Positions 1 through 13,400 of a stretch of 64,000 nt of DNA are shown here, in pieces (positions within the stretch are counted from its first letter, which is position 1; every line of letters begins with the position of its first letter). Made by a program: the position numbers and the translations under genes. Origin of the DNA: Phoronis australis (taxonomy: Eukaryota > Animalia > Phoronida); NCBI GenBank assembly GCA_002633005.1, contig NMRA01000052.1:336613-400612 (forward strand). Reading direction: 5' to 3'. The notes below the pieces were generated by a model. That model had not been told where the DNA came from and made no database searches. It was given only the letters and a program-made list of their open reading frames with translations.

Positions 1-111
1 CAATATTAAAGACAATACAAAATGAAAATAGAGCAATTTTGGCAATTATTTTTATCTAAAATTGGTGTCAGAGTTTTTACTGTAAATATTTTAAACCAGA
101 TGTGTTCACTT

Positions 112-360
112 CAGGGCTTGGCCATGACGAATGACAAAAAAGAGGAAAATTTTACAGATTATAAAGCGTTCTACAAATAAATAGGCTTGCGTGATAGAAA
201 TGTCTTTTGTGTTGTAAAATTTGACTGAAATAAAGGTTTTTGCACCAATAAAGTCAAAATAATGATAAAAAGAGACTAGAAAGAAGAAACTGGAAATCAA
301 ATAAGAGGAAATCGAAACCAAAGAGGAAATCCTCTTAAAAGAGGAAAATTCCAAACCCCG
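112..360. mobile_element. Non-autonomous DNA transposon (MITE), CAGGG-type TIR, 6-bp TSD (hAT-like)
   Basis: Starts CAGGGCTTGG, ends TTCCAAACCCCG; flanked by the direct repeat TCACTT (106-111 and 361-366); repeated subterminal AAGAGGAAA. Confidence 0.75.
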
Positions 361-1292
361 TCACTTAAGACTAATGTACAAGAGTAGATGCCAGTGAAGT
401 CACCCATGCATCTTAGGGAAGACATGGTCATATCTCTTAGAAGGCAGTGTGGCTTTGCCAAATTGAGGAGTGAGACTAGTAGTCTGTTATCAATTAAATT
501 ATTAATCAGCCAGCTGCAGATTCTAAGGTTAAAGGGAGATTTACCTGTCAGTGATGGAATTCTTAACCAAAGTGCTTTGGGGTTTGATGTTTAAAAACAT
601 TACCGCGGTTAAATGATCTTGAGTTGCTGCCAGCAATTCAAGTCATAGGCAATGCACAAACACACCATTTTCAAATTTGCAATTTTAGGGTTAACCAAAC
701 ACAATGAGCAAAAAAGCAATCTTTGAGTCGGTGATGGCTTCACTGTTCTAATTGGTAGTTGCAATCAAGTCCTAGCGTGGTAAGTAATATTATGAGTACG
801 ATTTTATTTTATTTTATTTTATTTTATTTCATTTGTTTCTTATTTGGCAGCTAAATACTGTTGAGATGTGGTTTTAACCATATATGGTATTAACAAAAAC
901 AGCAATTAACAATAACGATAAATAACACTAATCAATAAAAATTATCTTCAATTGTAATCCCCAACCTGTAATAAAAACAAGAGGCAATAACTTTTGTCTA
1001 CGACCAAATTAAGAATTTTGGCAATTGAAAAACTTTGAGAATAGTACGACATTTCAGTTCATGTTGGAGTCTTTTTTCCTCATCCACAGACAGTACCAAA
1101 TGTATTTATATCAACCTTCACCTTTATTACGATATGTGAAATGCCACACAAACAAGTGAATTCTCAATTACGCAAATCAATATCACAAGTCTTCTAAATG
1201 TAGGAGACAAAATTCTTGCGACTATACCTGGCAAAAGGACAGGCTGCAACAAATGAACCCATATTCATTATCCGCTACATTTCTATAATCAC

Positions 1293-1460
1293 CTGTTTTA
1301 TAGAACCTGGTGTACGTATGATATGGTAGGCGCCAAAGCCAGGAATGAGCATGAGAGTAGCTGTAACCATCATCCAACCAATCAGCTCAGCCCAGAAGGG
1401 ATACGTGTAGTTGCCATAGTGAGCCGGAGTGTAATCAACAATACTGAAGATGAGAATGGT
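1293..1460 (-). CDS. Gene A exon (TM12), 168 bp
   Basis: [56 protein letters not shown]; ttgcag| acceptor and CAG|GTGATT donor. Confidence 0.93.
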
Positions 1461-4400
1461 CTGCAAGAGAAAGTAAAAAAAAGACAATTACAGTAAAATC
1501 ACACCAATTTCAAACAAAAATAATTACCAAGAATATTTCCCCCATTTCCCATTTTTCAAGGTCTTCTTACGCTGTTGTGAGAGCCCAAAAGATGCGTGAT
1601 GGTAGATATCATACAAAATGCGAGCGCATCAACTTTGTGCAATACATCTTGAAAAAAGACGAAATAAAATTTCAGCTGTCGGCCATATTGTGTCTTAAAT
1701 TGCTGACATTTTACCATTGTAGTAATGGTCTTGTACATAATGAGTGTTACGGGACTCTATTTCCTTGAATAGCTCTCGATTTAGAAAAGCAGACGTTAAT
1801 AATCATTAAACCATCACAACGTGCAGTGAGTCAGGTGTAATACAGAACCATAACGTCTTGTAAACCTTACTGACCCATGTCCAGCAGTGTAACTTATCAT
1901 CGTACTGGGTTGATAGTCTCTCCCGCATTGCTAGTCCACACAAGGTTTATTTCCCTTTCCACTGCACCTCATCGTATTAAGAACACCCTGAAGCATTTTA
2001 AACTCCCAGCAGAACTAAACGTTATAAATCTAAGAACTAAACGTTCTTGTAAATTTCAATAACGTGATCACAGAATGCAGTTTTAAGAAGTTTGTTGGAG
2101 TTAGTACTTACAAAAAATAAACCATGAAAAATTGCAAATTATGATTTTTAGCTGACGACAAGATAAATGAGCCCACTAGTTACGTTAACATTTTCAGAAT
2201 TTTGCACGTGATCACAAAATACATCATTAGTGTTAAAAATGTAAATAAATAAACTACAAACAATTCCCGACCAGTTAGACTCACCAAAATCATGATCGGG
2301 CAAACAAACTTCCACAGGATTTTCCACAACATTCTCGGCTCGTTACCGATCATAGCCTTGATATCATTGGCAAACCGGTCGACACCGTAGATCCAAGACA
2401 AAGCGAAACACTCGAACAGTCCAATGACAAGGACTGAAAACGAGGCAGCGTATGTGTCCATGAGCTGAAGAATGTATATTCCTCCCTATAAGTTTAAATA
2501 ATATTAAATAATATTAAATAATACAGAATAATGTTAAAGAATATTGAATAAAACATAATAAACACATGAATTATCAAATGTGGGAGCAACAGATTTACTT
2601 TCAACATAATTTCAGATTGGATCTCCAGAAATGCATTCACTACGTATTAAGCACTTCAAATGATAACCTTGAAGTCAAACATGGTCTCCAATGAAGATCA
2701 AGAGCTAATATTCAACAATTCAACAGCTAAATAATTTAAATTGTCCTTAATATCAGAAAAAGCACATTCTATTCTAAGGAGAGTACGGTATTCATCAGTT
2801 GAAAATTGACAAGAATTCTTGTCGAGAACTTGCGAGCACAAATATTTTTGCTTTATTTTCAAATGATTATATCTGTTTTGACAGGTTTCCTCCATTGACA
2901 CTACTTCGACGCAGCTGGACAAATTTCGACATCTTTCTCCCTCTCTTTCAACTTACACTGGTAGTCAGAGGTAGCCCCAACGCAAACATCAGGGCACACA
3001 TCACCGCATTCACCATGAGTCTCTTGTTGTGCAACTTGCGCGGCAGCTCATCAATGATGGCCGTGCAGACGGTCTCCACGACAACGAACTGTGTGTCAAT
3101 GCCAATCATGATAAGCATGAGAAAGAACAGCACCGCCCAAAAGGGGCCGCCAGGCATCTTGCTCAGTGCCTCCGGGTAGGCAATGAAGGCAAGTCCAACG
3201 TCTGAAGGAGAAAACGTGTAATAAATTGCCACAGTCTGTACTAATCATACCTCACTTATGCGAGTATTTTTACCACATACGTTATATAACACATTTCCAT
3301 GAACTTGCCTAAATTTACCCCACACATTCTCTAAGCAGGCATGATGGCATTACAAACAAAGCATGACAGGCCTTACCTGATAGCACCACTTTATCCACCG
3401 TCGTCCCTAACGATTTGGCCATTACGCCTATCACAGAAAATATTGCAAAACCGGCAAAAACGCTGGTCAAACAGTTGCCAATGGAAACGATGAGAGCATC
3501 CCTGAAACAAACAGCAACCAAATTTAATTATTGGCTCTTCACCTTCAGTTACTTCAATTTTGGAACTGTTTTCAATCAAAATTGTATCAACAATGCATAT
3601 AAAATAAAATCTCTCCAAATTAGGGCGCAATAATGAAACTTTATTTCACCATTTTTCCATAAAACGTATGCAAGCACCAAACTAAATGCTTTACAATGTT
3701 CATGTTTTGTACCACACCTACCATCAGACAAGCTTTGAAAAGTTTTGGGCATTCACAACTGTGTTAGAAGCCCTAGAAAAATGAAAAAAGGGCAATTTTA
3801 TAAATTATTTTTGTCCAAAATTGATGAGATTTTATCACAGTCCTTTTCTAGACTTCAACAGCTAATTCAGAAGTAGTCCCATATGTTTTTCAGAGTGGTG
3901 TTATATGTTTGGACTCGTTTTGTTCCACTCTCATTTAGTTAATACTTATTAGTCAGCCAACATGGTTTTGACATAAATTCAATTACACTCATGTGAACAA
4001 GTTATAAATTAAAACAGTCTATACCAAGAATTATTACGCTAAAGCTCTGTTATGCAAACAGGAAATGACTCATCAGAATCTCTAATTCTCTTACACTGTG
4101 GATGTCCACAATCAATAGAACGCTTACAAAAACACACCATAGGGGACGTTAAAATTTCCCAAACAACAACACCAACAACATTCCACCCTTTTCACGGATA
4201 GATATCTTCAACTTGGATAAACAAATTATAACATGACCTATCTCAAAACGCATGATAACAACAGTGTTTCATCAAAAACAACCAAGTTAACCAACCAACT
4301 GTTCATCACCTTTATTGAACAGTCTGATGATATCATAATTACCGAGAATTCTGGATCAGCCTCAGGGCGTACATTTAGAAAGTGGTTACCTTTTCAGCGA

Positions 4401-7400
4401 CCCACATATAAAAGGTCTATTAACAGAAAAAGTGCCAGCGGCATTGACGTAGGATGCTGGAGTATGTGTTTATGTATGGTACTAATGGTACAATCAGTCA
4501 TTTTACCATATTTTGAAGATAAGTCAAAATATGTCTCGTTTCTCATAAACCTTGTTTCTGTTTGAACCTTGATATTTTCACTCAGTGCCCTGCATTAGAG
4601 AAAATATAAATGAAGCCATCAAAAGACATGGGAGTGCGGTTTTTAGTAAATAATTTAAAATTTAGAATTATCAAATAGGCATAAGAATGATAATGATGTG
4701 GATACAAATCAAAACATGGGAACTGCTGTTCAAATACGCGTCAACGGAGGTGGTCAACACCCCCTTGTGGCCACCTTACAACTCACCCACCTGTAGCAGT
4801 TGTTGTGGAACTTGTTGTAGCTAGACAGTGTGATAATGCCACCCCAGCAGGCGGAGAGAGAGAAGAAGATCTGTACACCGGCCTCGTACCACACCTGGGC
4901 CTCGGCCAGCCGGTGCCACTGTGGTGTCATGTAGAAACGGATCCCTTCCTCACTGCCACTGAGTGTCACCCCCCGGATGAAGAGAGCGAACAAGATGAGG
5001 TAGGGAAACGTGGCGGTGAAGTAGACCACCTGGAGTGAGTTATGCAAGGTGAGTCCTTCACATTAAGCAAAAAACCATTCACTCGCTTGGTTCTGTTGGC
5101 CTTCAGTGCAAATTAAGTGTATCCTAGACTACATGTAACAAAACATGTGTCGTGCAAAGAAACATTTTATTTGTAGTGTTTTATAAAATTTGATTTAAAT
5201 CAATATAATGGAACAGCACGGAAACAAAACAGAACCTTTTTTCAGCACATTACATATTCACTATGTTTTTCTACAGTAAGCATTCACTGATGAAATAAGA
5301 CGTCCACAGATGACAGTGTTTGCACACATGCATGGCCATACGAAAATCCCAGACAAAACATAAACAGCAAAAATGCACCATTAAACATAATTAAATCAAT
5401 TCCCATGGGATATCACCGCATCCAACGTCATAGGGTTTAAATTGATCGGGTCAAAGATCATAGGATAAAGTACAGCACAGGGTCAAATGTCAGTGACTGA
5501 CCTTGCCTGCAGACTTGATGCCTCGGATGAGGGCGATGAAGACTAAGAACCAGGACAGCAGAAGACACAGCATGAGTTCCCATTTGATGTTGCCTATCTC
5601 ATCAATACTGTCTGGTGTGCTAGTCATGTAGATACTGTAAAAGTAAACAGTAACTACAGTTAAGCCAGGGCTCTGTTTCATGAAAGGTGACTCGAGCCAC
5701 GGCTTACCATAAACTCATCGGTTAACGCCCTGGGCACTTAAATTGGAAAACCCTGAGACAGGGGGGGTGGGCGATTACCCAGGCATGGGTGTTAACCCGC
5801 GACTTTACGCTATGTAAGAATTTGGTGTCACTCCACACAATTTCTGAAAAATAGTTGCACTTGAACAAAAGTTCAAATCTCTGAGAATATACACATAACT
5901 GCTAGTTACTGAGATAATTCCTATGAAATATTTATAAACTGCCATGCACCCATAATTAATTGGCTAAACCTTTCTTCAGTAATTCTGAAGTGACAGCACA
6001 AGACCAAAGTTCTGTCTTAATTACGTCACTTTCAATAACGAACCCTAGAGCCACAAAACAACAAAATCTGTCTGTGTTTTTGTAATTTTATAACAAAACT
6101 CGCCATTGTCTCACAGACATTCGTTGAAATCAAAGCCGGTGACGTCTCCAGACAAATACGATTTTAATAAATACTCTACTAGGTATCCCCAAAAGTACTT
6201 GTGCAAAAACTTTATGCTGTGCTAATAACCAAATGATCAAATCTTTATTCAGTAATTGTAAGTGAAAGCACCAAGACAAAATTTCTGTCTTAATTGAGTC
6301 TGAACTCACTTTTCATGAGAGAGTGCCCAGACTTATTATTGGCTTTACACCGGAGTATCTGTGACAAAATACAACTGCAGTGTAAATCCGATTCACAGTA
6401 TACATACTAGGTCTAGTGACACAGGCAAACACTCACTGGTCTACTCTAGTGCCAACCTATAAAACTATCTTGATTCTGATGCCTACCACAGCCAATCCAA
6501 AGGTACCTTTAAATCCAGATACATGGGTGATATTCAATTGGTAGTCAGTCACTCAGCTGTTGCCAATTTTGTAGTCAACCTAGTTTTTAACTGCATATTT
6601 TAATTTCAAAATTTCTTACACCACTTTGTCAGTTAGATTTCCAACATTTTTTCTCATGACCAAATGGGAAAACAATGTGTTATACTACATAGCTTTTCAT
6701 GTATAGATATTTCTTACAACTACTGCTTCTATTTTGTAGCTTTTTAAAGTCTTATACGGTGGCATTGTCAAATTTTTTGTTTTGTTTCAAGTTCAAGTTT
6801 TAGGTGGAGCCTTTTGTTTGGTTCTTAAATATGGAGTTCTACCATTCATATTACACATGAATATAGCTCAAGCATTGCATCAATGGAAAGGTTGGTCTCT
6901 GCTAATTTGGTTTACTTCCAGTTCAATGTTTACAACTTTGGCTTCAATAGCACAGCATGGGACTAGTTATATTAAGGTTGTACTCACTTGATGTTACCTA
7001 ACCTTGTTCTGCTCGTTATTAATAGTCTTGAGTGAAAACGACAAGAACAGCAAAATATCTCGCTAATTGGAAAATCTTAAATGTCAACAACAACACTGTT
7101 GTCAGAGTTCAAATTTAGACGCCATTTTGAATCAAATGGGGGCACAATTTTTGAGGAGAGTCCCATTGTGGACAGCAAATAATTTGTTTTTGTCCGGCCT
7201 CGTCTTTTTTTTGTTTTGTGATGCTCCGCATACTACATTTTACTTGAAGGTACACTCAACATTGAACTCTACTATTACCGTGGCATGTTCATGTCAATAT
7301 AGATATCACAAGTAACCCATAATGATCAAACATTCACTGAAAGTCATGGCACTTACAAGATAAACCACAGCCTTCAATTTTTTCAAGTCACAGAACGAAT

Positions 7401-10400
7401 TTTGAAGTTTGATTACCCTATATACATACAGCACAAGACAAAAGTACAGTTCCGTCATGACATCGAATTGTGTTAATAGCAAAAATTAGCGGTAAAAACT
7501 ATTACAGCGACAAAATTTGAATTACAGAATGAATTAGCCACATTACTAACTTTTCTATTAATTCCCAATCATTCTTGGTCATCAGGGGATGATGAATTAA
7601 GTCTCCACCCAACCATCATAACTGGGAATTCTGGGTAACTTTGTCTGAATACTTTTGGCTTGCACTGTTAGTAGTTGTTTTTGAACTTTTGAAAGTGTTG
7701 AGCTGAAGTGTCCAAACAGACTCACTGAAAATACTCCTCACTGGGTGACCTCAGTCTGACGCTGCTGTTACTGTCGCGGCTCCTGTTCAACAGTGACTCC
7801 ACCTCTAGAATGGTCAGATTCAAGTAGCCGTCCCATGTATTATTGACCCCCATGTGGTGCTCAAGGAGAGAGCGCGTGTAGTTCGCACACTTCGTAGCGT
7901 TGAACAGTTCAGTGGCCTTCATTTGAGAACAAGTGAAACCAACCACCGTGCAGGCTGAAAACAAGGGTGTTCAGGTACAAGATGGTCACATGATCTCGTA
8001 CTACTCAGCATAACTACAGAAGGTTAGAACTCTCATCCAGACCTTCGGAGTGCCTAATTTCGGTCACATCAAACATGAAATTACACAAACCTCCACGGAA
8101 CAGGTGTTCAAATAACAAGGCCAGTCTGACTTCTTTCTATCCCTAGATTTTAAAATGCTCCGGGCCCTAAATATGAACAAATTTCTACAACTTGACATAA
8201 TCTTGCCACCTGCCAACAATACCCTGAACAGTACTCTTCAATTCAGCACAGACGGCAGACGTGTTGAATTTTATTTTGTCAAATGTCTTAACAAAAATAA
8301 CCGGTTATCAAAAACAAAGCTATGGTGAAATTTTGGGGGGAAAATGCTGCATCAGCGATCATTTTTGTGCAGAATTGAAGACGGATTACATAGGTTAGGA
8401 ATATCAACCTGCCGCCATTATCACTAGCCAGGCAGAATTGTTACATTCCTTTCCACTTCGCTTCCTTCCTTTTTGCTTGTCATAATTCAGGTGTGACGGA
8501 GGAGTGTGTAAAAATGACAACTAATAGCTCTTAACACACACTTGCATTCACAAGTCAAGTACCGTCACACATTAAAGTGAAAAGGCGACAACAGAGGGGG
8601 AAGTCATTCGACATCAACATCTTGTAACATTTGCTTTGAACATTTACATTCTACAAGAATTAAATGAACGCATTGAGAAATAATTTAAAAGGCAAAAATA
8701 GCACATCCATGATATACACAGGCTTCTTGACATTAAACCCCTACGCAATGCACTTTTTGTTTTTTGTATGCTGACCCTATTGCTTTATAGTCTGCAATTT
8801 ATGACTGTGAGCAGTATTCTTTCAAATTAAACAGTTTTAGTGAGAAAAAACAATGTTCTAACACAAGGTTTTTATTAAAGCATGTTGGCACTCAAAATTT
8901 TGCAGTTGTCCCACATGAATAGTGTCCAATATACCTAATTCAAACCAATACTTTCAAAATACATACATTTACACACAAGCAAGTCTCAGGTTATGAAAAC
9001 TAAGCTTTGATGACCCAACAAACCCAATCCCATTAATATTAAATAATCCGACAATTAATACAATTTTGTTTGTTTTGTAATTTAATAAACTCAAACTTCA
9101 GTCAAAGTCTGGTTGACCTTTCCACAAAGCTTTTATCATATGACTCTGAATTTTTGTTAGCACTGAATTTATGTTCATAAAAAAGACTTATTATTTAGAA
9201 TTTTATACGAGATTTAGAGAGCCAAAGTTATTTTGGGTCATCCTGTATTTCAGTTGCCAACCTGATTTACATTATTACATCAAGGTCAATATTTGTTTTT
9301 TAAATTCATTTCTTGTGTGTTTTGCACAACATGTAATTGTTATGTGCTTCACAAGTAAAATTGGAAAATATTGAAATGTTTTATGAGACAACGATTACCT
9401 TAAGTAATTAATTATAGAGAAATTAACGATGATAGTTATGGTAAAGATAATAATATTAATAACGGTGATAATATGCAAATATCAAAATGGCGATCACAAA
9501 ATTGACAATAGACTGGCACACCAGACGTGCATTACGCAGAACAAGTTTCTAGTGAGAAACGAAATCAAACAAGACCACACAAAATTACAAGAGTGCAAGG
9601 CCAATGACCTCGCAAACAAGCCTAAAAACTCACTTGTGTGCACTAGCGAAACCCCCTTCACTGAAATACTTGGTTGGTGAGACTGGAATGCTAGCACGTT
9701 TATGTTATAAGTAAAAGCATTATTTTTGTTCCATACTACAAGATTTCTTAACACAAGTGTTTTCCGAGTGCCACGCACTACAGAACACAGTCGAGCTCTG
9801 CTCGATACTCACCTGGTGTGTTCCAGGAGTGGTTGCACGAGGACCATGGTAGGGGGTCTTGCATGGAGGCGAACAGGTAGAAGACTCCGTAAGCAATGAT
9901 CATGTTATAGTAGATACCAACCAGGAATGATACAAACACCATGCCATAGCCAATGCCTGCAATAGTCCGTAATTTAGTCACGATGGTTAATTTGAATTTA
10001 ATTCTCTAGTGCTGTACGGCATAACAGTGATTATTAATTTTTTGCACAAAATTAATCGCTTATGACCAAAAATAACTCGTTCAGGTCTTTTGCAAATTGA
10101 TGGACTGGCAAGATACTTTTTAGTCGCCTGCTTTTTGAAAGCCACCTGATATGAGATGAAGGAGAGCAGACATTTTTCCATCTAGTTTCAGGAGTCCAGT
10201 GAAACGATTGGCGAAAAGTGATGCGGGCAGGAACTTTTTTCTTTAATTAGTGAGGTGTTGATTTTAAAATGAGATGGGGCAAATCACTTACTAAAGCTGT
10301 CTTATCGAAAATCAAATTTCACCTACTGTACTAATAAGAAATGAGAACATTTTTCGACATTTTTTGCTGTTTGATTGTTTACGTAATAAAATTCCACACA

Positions 10401-13400
10401 TCCAATTCATAGTGTAAGCTACACAATTGAGGATTTACCACAAATTAAAATTTTGCTAAGACAGCAATGTTGGCAGTTGCAATGCCGTCAATTTTATTTT
10501 CACTGTTTTACAGACATGAACACATTTTCTTTACTCATGAATTGAAGTGCGTCGATTTTTTTACGAAAGCTGCATTACTCGATGCACATCAACGAAGACA
10601 GTTCACAAACACGGTATCATTTAATTCAATGTCATTTCCAATCACAAAATAATCATTTAATTCAATGTCATTTCCAATCACAAAATAATAGTCCCCAACA
10701 ATAGATATGTGAAGCGTACAGTTACAACTCTTTCTCAGTTCAACAGATGATGTGAATTTTTATTTGTAGATTCCATCGAAACTGTTTGATTGCACTCCAT
10801 CAAGTATGGTAATTGATATTCCAATACTATAATTGCGTTAATAATTCTTAATTATAATATAACAATAACAATAACCCTTCCTCACGTGGCTATAAGCCAA
10901 CACATGCGCCATTGGATTACATCAATTAAGTCTACATGGCATAAATGACTAGTAAGTAACAGATTAATCAATTTTACACCTTAGCTATTAACTACAACAA
11001 GCACTTGTGACTTATGTCTCTGACTGTGTTGAACAGGTAGAAAATCAAAGAGAGCACGAACATCAGACAACACCCAATTGAATAATACTGTCAGGCACTT
11101 GGTGTCGTGCTCCGCACAACTACGGGTGTAAACACTAAAGTTCTGACTTAAATCACGAAAGAAGATCAAAAGGTGACATCATCTTATTCAAGTTATTTAT
11201 GGTAAAAATTGTCAAATTAGGGACAGTCTCTAAAACTTGAGACACTGCAATGAAAGGCAAAGTTGAATTTGAACATTTTTGCGAGTCCCCATTAAAGTGT
11301 AACATGGAGATGAAAGGTCGTTTGTTGTTGATCGTATTTCTTGAATTTAGGAGGACCAACATTGCATATTTCTAAAATTTGGAACAAGCTCCAACCTTGA
11401 GTAAAATTAAAATTTCACTGTCCCAAGCGGGAAATTTTTACTGTAGTTTTACTGGAGTTCTGGCAAAATATGAAGAAAATTAATGAACTGAGTCAGTGTT
11501 CCTGTTCCAGACTGATAGTATTTGACAACTCGAAAGTAGAAATTTCTTCTTCTTGATGATGAACGTATTTCATAAAATTGTCAAAAATGATTATTTTGTA
11601 TTTTTCCCACTCATCTATGTCAGCAGCTGCTCATGAAAGCCATCTCTGCATTATACAAGGATAACACCTGAGGCACCTTGTACTTCCAAGTTAACACTTG
11701 CCTAGCAACAAACATTTCAGCTCATCAACCATCAACCAAACACGAAATTCAAACGCCTTTAGTAAAATTCAGTTTTGGATTTGGAACATGGAAAAGTAGA
11801 GATCCACCCGTGGCCGACTTATGATGACCTTGACAACAGTGACTACGGTGAGAGGGCACACTGAAGTCATTCTAATAAAAATTTTGTGGATAAAGATTCT
11901 TCCCAAACAGTTGTTAGGGCATCAGATTGTAGTTAATACTTTTAATGTATTGGTTAAACATTGTTTTTTGTGGAAGAACTCGCACTATAGTGATAATAAA
12001 ACATTTTGTGTTTGTCTTGTGGTGCACAACTCAAAGTGATCCCCAACTAACACACCAGTGTTAAACATTGGTATATATTTACCTCAACATTGGTATATAT
12101 TTACCTCAACATTGGTATATATTTACCTCAACATTGGTATTTATTTACCTCAAAAGCTCTTGGTTACACCTCTTCAATTGTTTTTTTTTGTCAAAAAGAG
12201 TGTACAGACTACTCTCGGTCACTACCAAATTCACCAAATACTGAGTGACATATTTCACATATTCTGTCCTCCGAGGATAAACCTAAAAAACATCCTGTTT
12301 CTACTTTGAGGGGAAAGGTTCCGCTGTGAATTTGAGCAAGAAATGACGGTAAAGATCGGTCAAGTGGAAACATAATGCACAGTTCTATAAATATGTAGGC
12401 GCATAAAAAGGAATTAGATAACAACGGACAGAAAGAGAATCCGGATTAGAAAAAATCAATATTTTCTCTTAATTTTGACGATCTTGTGAGAGGAGATGAA
12501 AACTGCTTTCTCATTTCTGTCTTTACTCCCAAAGCGCAACATTCTTTACTGACCACAAGAGGCTTAACTTCAGTGGGAACAGTTGTTTTCTACAGGACAC
12601 ATCAGATTTCCTTCCCTATTACATTTACTTCCTTTCAGAACAGAAGATTAGGAGTGCAAGACTGTGGGAATGCTTAATCCACTCCTGCACTCTGGTCAGT
12701 CATTTTTGTCGTATTATGCTGCATTCAGTCTCGGCATAGGATCATGAGATCAATGCAGCTGGGCTCCATTTTGGCTTCACCTTCGTCAAGTTCAATAATG
12801 CTAGTTAGTGTATTGTCACAAAAGCACTTTAATGCGAGGTCCAGTCAGATACTGTCAGGTATTTTCAATGGAAGTACATAATTTATGCTGGATTTTTCTC
12901 ACCACGAGACATTTATTGAACTCCATTCATGTCTCATTCTAAATGATCCGACACATACGCCATCTGTGGTCTTAATAGAATTAACCTTAGACAGTTAATG
13001 GGAGGGCTATTAATTCAGTCCAGTGGGAACGCTAGCAATTGCCTATTGCGGCGTGTCATATTTATCTCAAGGTATGTTACGCCAGCTATTTACTCCGGTT
13101 TGGTCAGTGAAAAAGCAGTATTTATCATTTACTTTTTAACGCCATAAATATCAATAGAATTAAATATAATAGAGTTTTTTTGTGAGTAATTAGCTAAAAA
13201 TCCATGACTATCACTGAGTAAGTACTATTTTCACTCTACACAGATATATGACCTATTAAAATCTAATCCACATACAGGTAACTCAATTTATTTACAACTT
13301 GTGTTCTGTCACCATACATTTCCTGTTAGCTAGAAACACACAACATAATACTGTCTCGCTTTGTTCTCCCAAGTCTGAACACTTTTAAAGGCAGTTTTAT

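Noticed and set aside
62-74. TGGTGTCAGA PBS-like sequence
   Set aside because: No adjacent LTR or gag sequence; match too short.
1577-1768. Peptide similarity between ORF 1577-1768 and ORF 37250-37453
   Set aside because: Explained by a dispersed non-coding repeat; no splice or domain support.
2799-3633. Plus-strand ORFs overlapping gene A exons
   Set aside because: Antisense shadows of the real minus-strand exons.
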